Numbered from the stretch's first letter, positions 50,401 through 63,427 are shown. The stretch is DNA of 64,000 bases from Balanoglossus misakiensis (GCA_040954595.2 CM082597.2:1872422-1936421), one strand, 5' to 3'. The notes: a model not told the origin generated them from the letters alone. Numbers and translations are program-made.

Positions 50401-53400
50401 ATTTGTTATTAAGTATGCAGTCCATTCAAAGGCGAGGAAATTGGAATGAAGGCGAGCGGCAGATGCTTTGCCTCATAACGGACGCTGAATCGGAAACTGA
50501 CCGGGGTTCATTTCGTCGCATCTTTTATCGCCGCTTTCCACAGCGAAACGAAGCTGGCCATGAAATATTTAGAGACCCGGGATTGAGACAAAAAGGCGAT
50601 GCTGAACCAGACAGTCGGACAGACAGGCGGCGCAGGATAGCCTGCTTTGGCGCTCATCACAGAATACCAGAATTAAATTTAAAACACTGACGGATATCCG
50701 ACTTGTTGCCACATTCATGAACATTTCTAGGGACAAGGCCGATAAATATTTTCCCTTATCCTGGCACATGTACTTCATTTTGTTTTCAAGTGAAATTTTC
50801 TGAATGAAAGGCAGGAACTATATAACCCGCGTAGACGATTCGATTCAATGCCGTTCATTTTGAATCAGAGCGCGCGTCTCTTTTTCAGATTTGATGAACT
50901 TGAGTTCTTCCCACGTCCGGGTGACACTGTTTGTTAAAGGCTGACCTTGTTACTAAGGGAAATCTCTACTATGACGTGGCTATGGTAACACGTGTCTATG
51001 GAAACGTGCTAAATAGCTCATCGCGAATGAACAGGGTGCTACGAACTTTTGGGTCAAATATCAATATCATGGTCAAATATCGCTCTTAGTATCCTAGCCG
51101 TTCTAGAAATTTCACAATTACGAAATTAACCTAATTAAGGCACCGACAGTTTTGCTTCCTCACGACAGACGGTAAAGATAAGTTCTTACTCAAAGTCCTA
51201 TTTAGCGACCTAACATCTACTATGTAATGACGCCATGGTCGCCATGACAGCGAGGTGGTGAATACCTTAAAAGTAACCGTGTCCTTCAAAATAGGTGGGA
51301 GGATGAATACTTTGTTTACTATTTTTAACTATCTTAAAATTTACACAAATCATGTGTGCGGGAAAGAGAGGGGTAGAGAATAGAGCGATATAGACGGGAG
51401 GGAGAAGAGATGGGGAGGGAGAGAGAGGGAGACAAAGCGAACATATCCTTATTTCTAAAATTCCGTAAAAATGATATCGAACCTGTCGTGGATGTACAAA
51501 AATATCCAATTAGAGCTCAATAAAGAAATTTTTTTCTCTTTCGAATTATTTTGTTGACAAATTTAAATATTCGACATTGAAATGAAAATATATGCAGAAA
51601 ATTTATCAGATTTCTGAGGAAGGACAGGGATATCAGATAATATATGTCGGAGAAGAAATTATCTATTTCCGCTTGTTTCTTTTTTTCTTCTCGAAAGGCG
51701 CTTGAGTCGTGAGAAACAGGTGTCTAAAAATATATCATAAACAGTGAGATCACGATACTACAAGGCTTATCCTGTCCAGTTTCGGACCTCCCATACAGTA
51801 CAAGTTTGTCACGTGACGCAGCGTGCTTGTGTCAATTTCACCTTGATCTCCTCCCTCGTCGAACCCTTCCCAGCATGCTATACGAGTTTGATGGCTTAAC
51901 GCTGGGTCAATTGTATCAATCAGAGTTCATTTTTCTACTCCATTTTGCATATAAAATCCTCAGTATATGAATTGTCAAAATGGAGTTATAAAGTTATAAT
52001 TATGTATAAATGAGAAATTTTGCTTTTTGGCAAGTAGATTTGAGTCCGGACCTGAAACTCCACTCCCCATCTCTCTACAACTTACAGTTCACATTGGCCT
52101 TTTCCTGATGCATTTTGGGGTTACACTATAAATTTAGTAGGAACAAAAGTAGTGAAAAAATGCAAAAAAAGTTACAGTTAATGGAGCCTTTAGAATGGTC
52201 CTCTTTAAAGGTTTGTCAGGTCTAGGAAAGTGATTAAGAGAGGCGCGTTCTCACCGGGGCGATGCGTGTGTCTGTGAAAGGTGTTTGTATTAGGCCGCCC
52301 AGCCATGTGTGACCGATTAGGGCGCGCTTTTGAGCTAGCTTCCCAAAGACACGTGTACGGCGGTGTGACTCTAATGGCGCTACCACCATTAAGGAGAAAG
52401 AGGGGTCTTTCGTGATGAGCCCGGTCGGAGTTCGACTGCGAAAAAGGTTCCCAAGTTATGGGGTGAAAGTGTTGAGTGTGGCGATCGGGTCGAGTTGGAA
52501 GCGAAAACGCTCGAAAACCAAACACCCCGTTGTCCAAATATATACCAGTAGACATAGGGAGATAGTGGTTATTTTTAAGTGGTCAAAAACACATGTAAGG
52601 AAAGACTTGGAAACGCACATCCCGAGTGTCGGCAAATAAGTTGATACTAAGGTTGACGGAGCACGACAAACACACACGAGTTGAGAAAAAAACGACGCAC
52701 TGTCAAGAGAGCAGTTTCGATGGAGACGCGGAGCCACCGTTCAAAGGGTAGAGAGTAGGTGCCATCTCCATTGGCGGGATGCTATCAAAGTTTACCGCTT
52801 GAATTAAAGCGTAATCTATGTGCTTAATTTAATTAATTAACACCAATGAAATTTAATTAGATGAGCAATCATTTTCTGTCGCGGCAGCACGATTTGTTAA
52901 AAAGCCTCTACCGTCGAAACCGCTTTAATTATCTCTAAAAACAGGTGCATTCGCACGTAAGTGAGTACCGCTATCACTGCGTTTTGCCGAGGGTTATTCA
53001 AAGTGGCCAAAAATAAATAACACAGGCGATAAAGACAACTTGAACGTCCTACCGTTTTAGTTCACCGGCACGTTGTCCATCACATCCATATTCAGAAACC
53101 GTTCCTGATATTTTGATGTACCAGTCTAACATGTGGTTTGACGTGCACAGACAAACGTCATAGCTGCATGGAATGAAAATAAGAAACAAAGAATATTAGG
53201 CTTTATACATAACCGACGAATAAAATTCCATATTTAGGAATTAAGAATTTTATAAACACAGTCCTTCTCAATTCGCAGCTTAACACGAAAACTCGGCGCG
53301 CATCTATGAAAAATTCATCGGGAATTATTATAATTATATTGGCATCGTAATAAAAGGGCTGGGGACAGTTTTGAGACGTGGAGAAAAGAAAAAAGTGATT

Positions 53401-55178
53401 TCTTCTGAAGGCAAATAGTCATACGGGCTAGGATACATTGCTTGCGGCGTTTTTTCTTTAATTATCTAAGAAGATTAAGTTTCCAAAACGCCAGCAATAT
53501 ACTGTGATAATTTGGCCGTTTCGTCTTATTTCCTCCCGTCCTCGGAGCAGCAAATTTGCCGCTGAAACGACAACAGTTATCATCATTCGCCGCCCGAGAA
53601 ATTCTCACCCCGGCCAGAATCCGAGGAGAAAAGTAAACTCATTTCCGCGACTGTCGCGTTCCCTTCTCTTCCCAAGCGCGCGCGTCGCCTGTGTGCACCT
53701 TTGCGCGAGACGAATCTGTCGAACGCGAAATAGGCTCCGTGTGGGAAATTAATATCACGAGCGGCCAGCATAAACACATCAATAAAATCATTACCGATAG
53801 TGTACATTAAACGGGACCAGTTGAAACACCTGCAAGATCGCCGTGCTACGGTGTGTGGGTTCCTATACAAGGCAGCGCACGCTTGGCGCCATAGACATCT
53901 CAAATAGTTACAGAATGCACGCACTATACAATCGTCCACGCTTCCCCCATATTGCGACCTTTTTAGATCCTCACCGCTTTTTTTTCCTGTGCAATGAATA
54001 GAAAGTTTTATTGTTGAACGCCGCTATTACCCAAATCGGCTCTCTAAACGTTATTGAGTAAAAAACATTATCTTCTGTAAAGTATACGAGTTTCTCCTTT
54101 TGTGTTCTTTGTTTGTCAAAAGATTTTGGTATTCTGAGATAAATTGACTTCACAACTGACTTCAGTTCAATGGTGAGATTTCTGTAAACAAGTGACAACA
54201 ACAAAAAACGCGGATCAAAATGCGGGTTTCAGGAAATCTTTCACAAATCATAAACCAAACAAAAAAGATTTTCTGACAATGTCCGATCCATTATCCGCGT
54301 TTTTTTATTTTCATGTTTTGACGATATTTTGTAATACATGTACATAGCGACTGCCCCCCCCCCCTCCGCCCCGCGCGCGTGTAAACTACGCACTGAGCGA
54401 CGCGTCATTGACGGAAATATATCTACGTGTACGTAAATAACGAGAGTGCATATCGCGACACTTGTTATGTACCGATTTGTGCACCATCAATTATTGATAA
54501 TCGGTTTGATTAGCGGGCTAAAGTGATTTATGTCGGCCAAATCGCAGATTTTCATTAAAACTGGTCACGCCTCGATAGAACCACATGTCCAAGCATCGTT
54601 AGTATGCGATTGAGTATAGCTGCGCAAACTATAGCCCTATGAATTATACATGGAATCCACCGATTATCACGCTGGCTAAAACGACAATGCATTTTGATGT
54701 GGATCGTAGCATTCTGCAGAGAGGGGTGAGCAGGGTGAATTTCAGTCGCGGGACGTTCGTTTCAGTACAGGGTAAATTTCTGTTGAAATTCACTAAAATG
54801 AAAATAATCTGAAGGGAAAAGAATAATTGATTTTCTAAAAGAAATATATTTTTTCAATCAATTAAAAATGAATAGCTGAGATATCAAAAATACAATGAAC
54901 AGGATGTATGTAACAGTGTTTTAGGGAACCCCCTCATCCGCATTCGTACACATCCCTCAGGAATGGTGTTTCCGGTACCTGCAGGGTTGCCATAGAAAGT
55001 CCCAATTTAGTAAGACATTCGAAAGGGAAGTTGGTAAAAATCTCTCTCAAATCAGACGCACGCATCTCTCTTGCCGTCCACAACTCAACATATCTGCTGA
55101 CACTATTTTTGGTAAAAAATACGGACGTCGTTGTTAAATAATATTCGCGCGCCTCTTCGATTTGTTTCCGCGCCAGGG

Positions 55179-55202
55179 ATGATGGACACCGTACACTACC
55201 AC
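55179..55202 (+). CDS. Erg/Fli1: Probable start-codon micro-exon of the Erg/Fli1 gene (MMDTVHYH); exon 55177-55202, 26 nt
   Basis: Acceptor cctcttcgatttgtttccgcgccAG| at 55176, ATG ATG at 55179 and perfect donor CAC|GTAAGT at 55203. Phase 0 joins directly to EALSVV at 56701, analogous to the short MDGTIK/MASTIK first coding segment of vertebrate FLI1/ERG. Confidence 0.55.
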
Positions 55203-56700
55203 GTAAGTTGTTATTTTCTTAATCGATTTCGATATATGGTGTTTATTCGCCGTTTCCCTGTTTCTGTCACCTGCCAGAGGATGCTAAGCAATTCTAATAT
55301 CAAGCGCCGGAGAAAAACACTTTCATTTCTTTTTTTTAAAAAGTCTGTCACCTTCGAAACAACTTTCACCATATCAGGAGGAAACAAGAGCTGTTTTTCG
55401 TTTCCGTCGACAGGCCGAGCAGAAAAACATAAAATTTGGCGCTCATTTGTTTCCGTCCTATTCGGTTTGCCTACAGAAGGAAGAGCAAAAAATGTTGCCA
55501 ACATTCCGTTCAAATTGTTTCCTTCTGACTTCCCGCTGAATTCACGGCGTTTCCTACAATAATTTAACGTCTGCACCAGTCCATAGCCGCAGTCATTTAG
55601 CAGTTGTTCAGTCGGTATCGCTGTGCAGCTGGAGAGACTGAGTTGTTTAAAAAATACAACGCGTCCGAATTTTCTCACACCACCAAAAAGCGGTCGCTTA
55701 TGACCAGTAACGTTTCAGCAAACATTACCATCACTTTTTACATTGGCATTAATATGTTTCTTTTATTGATAGTGATATCGCGCAAAAAACTAAACTTGAA
55801 CATAGCGCAAGATTTATTGAATCGTTTCTGAAATTTACTCGTATCGTCACGATTCTATTTTTTACCTGTGGCAGATTTTGCGCGAAATGGGTGAAATGAA
55901 ATTAAATGGAACTTACATCTCCGAATTTGACGCGACCACTGCCCGTTTCAGAGAAAGGTGGCGACCACACCACCATGGCTGTGATATTCTGTAATGTTCA
56001 GCGGCAACCCTGGGTAACTTCTCAAAAGCAAGCTGAATCAAAAAGAGAAAAATCAAAGAATTTCTCGTTATTCTGTTGGAAGTGTCGAAAAATGTACGGT
56101 AGCGTTCAGCGAAGCTGGTCACAAAACGCGCAGTGTCTGTCCGTCTACATATGTTGTTAAAATTCGTTCATTCAGTATGTTGTGTTTTCATCAAAGCGAG
56201 ATTTCGTCTAAACAGTGGACTTGGTTTGAGACTGTCGCTGCGCGGCTTACAACTACAGCCAACAAAATTTCTGCAAATACGCATGACTTCACTCGTTTAT
56301 GACTGTGATAATCATCTGCATTAATCCCTGTAATAATCGCCATTAGTCTGTTCCTAATACGACCCAGAAGCTTGCGGTAACTGTTATCGACAACAAGCTT
56401 CGATGAAAATGCTGGGAATGTACGTAAGGGGGAGCATTTTCTCTGATTTGCGCGAACTATTAAAATGTACAATGGTCGTCGCAACACAGTAAGGTGCTCA
56501 TGAGATTGACTGGTGAGAAAAAGACGAATTTTTGTAGTATGCTACAAGAACGTGCGGTTAGAGACACTATTTTAGATCACCCAAAGAATGGCTTCATCTT
56601 TTCTGTTCGTTACTTCATGTCCAAGTTTACTCTTTCCACTGACAGTCAAAAATTCGATTGAACACGGAAACGGATATTGTGTATTTTTATCTCATCACAG

Positions 56701-57106
56701 GAAGCCCTGTCCGTCGTTTCCGACGACCAGTCGCTCTTCGACAGCCAATACCAGCAGAGCCCGCCACGCAGCGTCGCCATCTCCCCATCGGGCGCCGCTA
56801 CACCGACACACGGCAACAACCCGGCCAAACTGCAACACGAGCCGCAGCACTGGCATTGCATCGGCGAAGGGAAGATGAAGCGAGACATGGAGACGGCGGC
56901 GGGCGCGGGCTCCTCGCACGCGGGGGAGTCGCCCCTAGACTGCAGCGTCACCAAAAGACAGCGCACCATGGCCAGCAACCCAAACATGTCGCCTGTCGGA
57001 AGCGAGTACGCCTGCCCGCCGTACCATCACCATAGAGACCAGCGCGCGGGGTCGCCGCCACCACCAAATATGACCACCAATGAACGGCGAGTTATCGTTC
57101 CCGCAG
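56701..57106 (+). CDS. Erg/Fli1: ERG/FLI1-family ETS transcription factor, N-terminal exon (EALSVVSDDQSLFD...SPLDCSVTK...PPPPNMTTNERRVIVPA)
   Basis: Acceptor ...ctcatcacAG|56701 and donor GCAG|GTACGT at 57107. The motifs are near-identical to human FLI1 EALSVVSDDQSLFD and to ERG/FLI1 PPPNMTTNERRVIVPA. GC-rich, coding-like composition. Confidence 0.96.
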
Positions 57107-59819
57107 GTACGTCCGCCATTACTTTTATAAGTTTACATGTACACACATTCAGAAATGGTTTTAATACAGTAGTCTGCAAAATATATTTGCTTGCATTCAT
57201 TTCATAATTGGCCTAACATGAAAACCACTTACTATCAACAAAAGCACATGGAGGAATGTTTACATGTATGTGGAGACTCCGACAACATAAAGATCTCCCC
57301 AACACCATTGCTCCAAATGTTTACACCCCAGGGATGGGGTAACTGCTACCACATTGGAAAGCCATTTTCTCTGTGAAGCCACTCAGCGCCAGGACGCCTG
57401 GCACGCGACTGGCCAGCCGCGAACACCCGGGACGTCAAGAAAATTTCAGACTGCTGACGGCCGTCCAGCGATCGGACACAGACATCTCCCAGGCTGCTGC
57501 CGCCGTCGCGTGGCTGGCGTCGCTGCCTTGGATGATTGACCACACTGGCAAGGTGGCTTGTTTCACTGTACATGTACAAAACGATCACTGAATTCATCAT
57601 GGCTGTTATACACAGAATCCTATGTAAATGCGGTCACGATTTATCAATGGATATCTATCTCTGATATCAAAAAATCTTATGGTTTGTTCAGGGTTTTATG
57701 GTCACATTACCACCTTGCAGTTCCATCAGACATATTTTGTCTCGACTCATCACAAAAAATTCAGTGGGGTCATCGAAATAGAAACGAAACTATACAAAAT
57801 GTTGAGAATCCGACAAGAATAATTACACAAAAGTACCTCAAGTCGAGGTCGTCGTTTTGGATGCGAAAGCACAGAAATGTTGACGTCACAGAGGCCAAAA
57901 ACTCGAGAATCGCAGACACATACATGTAAGCGTGCGGTTCGGGCGGGCCAACCAGTCGCTCTAATCATGTCACCAGATCTTATCTGGCCATCAAATCAAT
58001 TCAGGGAACTCAAAACCCCGATTTCGTGACAAGAGGCTCGTGTTGTTAATTAAGGCATGGGGTCATAAACACTTGATAACGGAGAGATGCAATCTGTTAT
58101 CGCCTCGGGTGGTCTGTAACTTCAACGGCGGAATAGCGAGTGTTTTTTTTGGTGGGGGATGGGGGGGGGGAGGAGTGGGTACACAGGACCGCGCCCCCGG
58201 TGTGTATTGACATTAACCTTGGTGGAAATATACCGTGTCCTTATCATGCTTATAGTGAGTTTCAAAGGTCCTCGCCCTTTTTGTAACAACTCGATTCTTC
58301 TCTGGGAAACCGTTCTTATCATGTCGAGACATACAGGAAAACCGGGACAGTCGGATAAGCATCGCACGTCCGCCATGGAAACATATCGCCAGCAAACAGC
58401 ATCCGGTCTAAATATGTCGACGAAACCATTTTAACATCCATTTATGTCTTCATTTTAATTATCAATTAGTGCATAGAGCAAATTCAGCAACATTGACTGC
58501 TGGAGGTTATGTTCTGGAGGTTGCATCGTACAAAACTATCGGACCTGTCTATGACAACACTATACCATTTGCGTGTTTTGTATCAACCCGCGTCTAATTT
58601 ACGATCCTGGATAAAAAAATGATTTGATTTAGTTCCCGTATGACGGTATGTAGTCAAGCTGACTACCGCGCCGCTGAGGAACGTTAAGTAACGCCACCGG
58701 AAGTCTGTGTGTCTCGGGCAAATTTCGTCGTCGTCGTCGTCTCTTGCAGCAAAACTAATCTAAACACTCGCAGGTTTTTATCGGTGTGCCACAGTTGGGA
58801 AATTAAACGACCTTATCTGTTATCGGCTGATAAGTGGAGGAAGTTTGGACGACAACAGAAATTTGAAACGGAAGTGTTCACCGAGAAGTTTGTATCCGAT
58901 GAACTCTAGGAAAGACGATACTGGTTGACAGACAAGAGAGTGATTTATGACCGGAGAGGGCGCTGTGTTCCCGAGCCCAGCGAACGCGAACTACATGTAC
59001 TTCCATTTTGATGTCTCAACAACAACTTGTCATCGTCTTGCATAGACAGCGACATACCTATTACCCTGACATTGCCAGCTGCCTGGGTTAGCACTAAAAG
59101 CATGCAAGATTTACCGGAAATATTAGACATTACTTACACCTCTATATCAGTCCGACATTCAATAAAATTGGAAAATTGATTAAAGAAGGATGTGAAACCG
59201 GAAACAGAATCTGTCACAGTCATTGGGACGTTTTGTGTCGCCTGTGAAAAACATATTAATAACTTCATGCATTTTTATGTATTTTTATGAATGTAAGCGC
59301 TACAATCGAGTCAGTCTGCTTTGTTACCGTTCTATTCGTAAATTAGATTAACATTCAAATTATTTGCAACAAGATGGTGCCGGTGAAATTCGACTGTTGG
59401 CGTCTTCTGTCAACTTGACGCCAACGCAGACGACAATGGGACGTCTAAAACCCGCGCTTTTGCAACATTCTGATCTGTCCGAAAGATAACTGTTCGGTTA
59501 ACTCAGAAATAAGCCAGAAGCTACCAGCAGTATCTCTGGTTGGCTATCACTAAAAGTGGCGCCAAAATGGACTGATAAGCGTAGCAGCAGCTCTGTCGGC
59601 ACGGCGGTACAAAAATATCCAAAAGTTCAACAGAGAGATTGTTTTGACAGAGACGGCAGTATGGAACCTTAATTTAATGACTGGTTTTGGTGAAAATAAA
59701 GTGTATCCGAGTTGTTGACTTTGTTCCCCTCGACTCAACAATGCACCTGTTTTCTCTCTCAAAATGGCCATGTCCATATTTGATGATTACTGAACTTCCA
59801 TGATTTCCTTTCTCCTCAG

Positions 59820-60020
59820 ATCCTAACATGTGGTCAAGAGATCACGTGGTACAGTGGCTGTTATGGGCCGTTAAAGAATATAACCTACAGGAGGTGGATA
59901 CAACACTCTTCACCATGGACGGTAAAGAATTGTGCAAAATGACAAGAGATGACTTCTGTCGTCTGACCAACCCCTACAACGCGGACGTCCTGTTGGCCCA
60001 CCTCCTGTTCCTCAGACAGT
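59820..60020 (+). CDS. Erg/Fli1: ERG/FLI1 PNT (SAM-pointed) domain exon (DPNMWSRDHVVQWLLWAVKEYNLQEVDTTLFTMDGKELCKMTRDDFCRLTNPYNADVLLAHLLFLRQ)
   Basis: Acceptor tttcctttctcctcAG| and donor T|GTAAGT at 60021. Phase 1-1. The DP.W...HV.QWL.WAVKEY...MDGKELCKM...DF..LT..YNAD.LL.HL signature matches ERG/FLI1. Confidence 0.97.
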
Positions 60021-60230
60021 GTAAGTACAACAGCGCCACTAACGTTCAAACATGACGCACAGAAAGTGCAATGACTCGGGGCTGGCATTCACAGCAGAAC
60101 TCAAATAACTCCTACAAAGTATATAGCTCGCGTCTTATTTCACGAAAAAACAGTTTCGCCTGATTATCGATTGCAGTATGCACAAAAAATGATATTTAAA
60201 TAAACAGCGCCATTTTTTGTCTGTTTTTAG

Positions 60231-60311
60231 CTCCCCTGCCAAATTTGACATCCGACGACGTTGACAAAGCATTGCAGCCGAATCCTCGGATACCGCCCCC
60301 AACGCCTCATG
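60231..60311 (+). CDS. Erg/Fli1: ERG-type 81-nt exon (SPLPNLTSDDVDKALQPNPRIPPPTPH)
   Basis: Acceptor ttttttgtctgtttttAG| and donor G|GTGAGT at 60312. Phase 1-1. Matches human ERG TPLPHLTSDDVDKALQNSPR. Missed by the ORF track. Confidence 0.93.
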
Positions 60312-63300
60312 GTGAGTAACAACTTCTCTGTATAGCGCCCACTAGCGTGAGATTAAGAAACTTATGGTATCGCCGTTAATATTTCTACTGAAATTATTTT
60401 AGACCGTTTTTTGCGCGGAGATTTACTTGCGATATTCTGTATGCTAAGACGCGTTACAATGTCGGTTGGCAGAGCTGTTGTCTTAAAAATTAAACAAGAT
60501 TAGACTCAAATTGGACCTAATATTTGTTTCTCATTGTGAGAAAAATATACGAAAACGAAAAAAAAATGTAGACTTGTGATTGGTCAACTAGATTATGGAT
60601 TACACTCTATAAATCGGGAAAAATCACGATCACCTATGACGTTTCAAGTATCAACTGTTTTCCTCAAGAAATAACAAAAAAAACGAAATGTATTTTGAGT
60701 GGTAATGACGAAGTTCAACGCTCAATGGTGTGTGTGTACGTGTGCATACCAATTATGACTAGCAGTCTACTGTGAAAAACATGCGTGGAATATCCAACTC
60801 AAGGTTTTTGCGCAGTTGACGATTAAAAACCGGTGTCAAATCGGCAATTATCGACACTGCCACATCCGTAAACACGCGGTGTACAGTTGAACGGACACGT
60901 CCACGGGACATACTATTTCCCACCTTACGCAATTCTCGCGATTCCCCATGGCAACCAAACAAAACAGGGGAACAAAAGAAAGGACTGTTGGCAAATTCTG
61001 GTTAATTATTCAATGCCTCCCCCCCCACGCCCCCGTTTTCCCCCTCGATCTGTCACTCACTCAAAACCGCCTTCAGAATGAGAATTTTCGAAGTTTAAAT
61101 GAAAAGCAGTATTTCCAACAAAAAATAGCCATGCCGGCAGGCAGATAGTCCAAATGCCCGATTCGATGACTCCCCGTTTACAAGAAGAAAACGCAGTCGA
61201 GATAACGAGCTTCCCGGGTATCCGCGAGCGACAATAGCTCCCCATATCTCCCTTCCATAACAATTATCTTATTGTTATTATTAATGGAAATAAATATGTT
61301 GGGCAAATCCTCGTGGAAGGAGATCGCTATCCCGCTTCTAATATTGACGTTTCCATTTCTTATTTTCTTTACTCGCCAGCGCAGGGAACGAGTTCCTATC
61401 CTTATCCGATGTCGAATTCCCAGTCGGAGGCAGTTTCCCGTGTCCAGCGCCCCGGTGAGTAGCTGTCGTAGAATTCACAGGCGCGTTTTTGTGTCGCCTC
61501 TGCGAGTCAATGCGCGCGTTTACGCAGAGCGAATTATTTCCATGCAAGGGTTTATACCGCTTATATCCGCGTCGTGCGGCCCCCCCCCCCCCCCCCCATC
61601 CATCGCCGGTGAAATGCGCCACGGGAGACTTCGTCTGGGCTTGCAACTCTTGCAGCGGCGCCTTACGAAAGCCTGGCGTGATAATTTCAAGAAGCCATTG
61701 CCAAAAGTCGGTTATTAGGAAGCGAGCGATTACACAGCAACAGAACAAAACCTAAAACCCGCTATCTTCCAGGGTAAACACTTTTGACCTGGCACAGAAA
61801 GTCTTCCTCCCATCTTTATTAAAGTGTGACAATTCATTGCTCGTAGCTATGGTAACTATACGTACTTTGAATAGTACTTTTTTCCCAAAGTGAAAAAGTG
61901 GGGCGTGATGTTCAAATTTCTGGGGAATGTTCCAATGTGGCTTGAATTTGTTTTAAAGGGACAATAGCTGTAGCATTTGTTTGTTTTCACAGTTTTGTTT
62001 CGTGTAACAATCACTTTGCTTGTTCTACTAGACAAAAACTCAAGAATACCGATTGGCCACATGCCCTGAACATGTCGGACGCCCAGTACAAAGTTGTTTT
62101 GACAATCAACTTCCTAGATACTTCGTCACGGTTCAGAGATTCGATCAAAGAACGGCAGTAGACAACAGAACAAAATTACCACTTGCAAAACTAGCCAATG
62201 TTACATGAATCTTACGCACGGAACTTTAATAACTTTAATTACCCTTTTGTATTGCCGTACACAGTGCGATTGTTTGGTGTTGTTTACAGTCACGTGATGA
62301 TAAATATTTTTCTCGGGGGAGTGGACCCATCTCTGATATGGTAGAAAGGAAATGTGACTATTTATCGACCACTCTGTTTTCACTTAAAATTCATCAAAGT
62401 GTCAGCCAGCCTGACCTGTAGTTGGAAAAGACAATATTTTTGACGAGGTTTCGGATGGGCGTTGTGCGTTTCCTTAATAATACGTGGGACTGAACATTGA
62501 AGGTGTAATCGGCGCTCAATATTGGCATTGTGGCCTTCTTACAAGTCTGTTTGTGCGCAGAACGCTTCCTTCGGGCGGATGTGTCATTCGAGAAGTAAAA
62601 ACGCACTACACGGCTAACTGCCTCATTGTAACCAATCTTGTAGTAAGAAACAACACGTTTTATTAAAAGCCTGGCATTTTACATGGCCGGCGTAATTGCA
62701 CTGACGGGGAAATTGTGCGATATTTCTTAATAATGTCCTGACTACCTCGTGGTGAATGCGCCCCTTAATAACTGACATTAAGGCAGAAACGACCACTCGA
62801 GCGAAAGCTAGAATATAGGTAATTACCGCTCTAGCTCGTTTTCGGCTTTTTGACTCGCTATGCAGGGTAGCGTTCATTGGTTGCCACTCGCTCATTGAGA
62901 ATGAAATGTACAATATTTGTAAAGCTATGAACAGTCTTATTAACGCAATTACCAGAGAGGGTCTTTTCATAAGTCCGACTGAGTGCTTAGTTCGCTCGTA
63001 ATTACGCTGGTCATTATCCGGGCTTTTTTGCTGCGGCTCACTGTTAGCGCCTGAATTTGCCATCAGATTTGTTGCAAAGTTTAGCCCCGAACAAAAAAAT
63101 CATGTTGTCATGAATGAAAACCTCTTTTGTTAATGTTCGATAACGGCGAAAAAAATCGTGATCAAAAATGAACGGAAGCGTCTTGCCTTAAGAAATGTGC
63201 GCCCAAGCGCGTTATTGTGTCAGCACAGGGATCTTTTGATTTTGGCGGGAAAACATTTCTAGAAATTCCACTTTCTTGGCACGAATTTTCACAATTGTAT

Positions 63301-63388
63301 AATTTTGACCTTCAAACTTCCCGGAATTAATGAATACACAACCGATGGCAATTTAAAAATGGTTGGTTAAATTAAAAGATAAAAGTAA

Positions 63389-63389
63389 C

Positions 63390-63427
<38 letters not shown>

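Noticed and set aside
55211-55678. 155-aa minus-strand ORF and the extension of the 143-aa plus ORF
   Set aside because: Intronic sequence after the GTAAGT donor; no homology.
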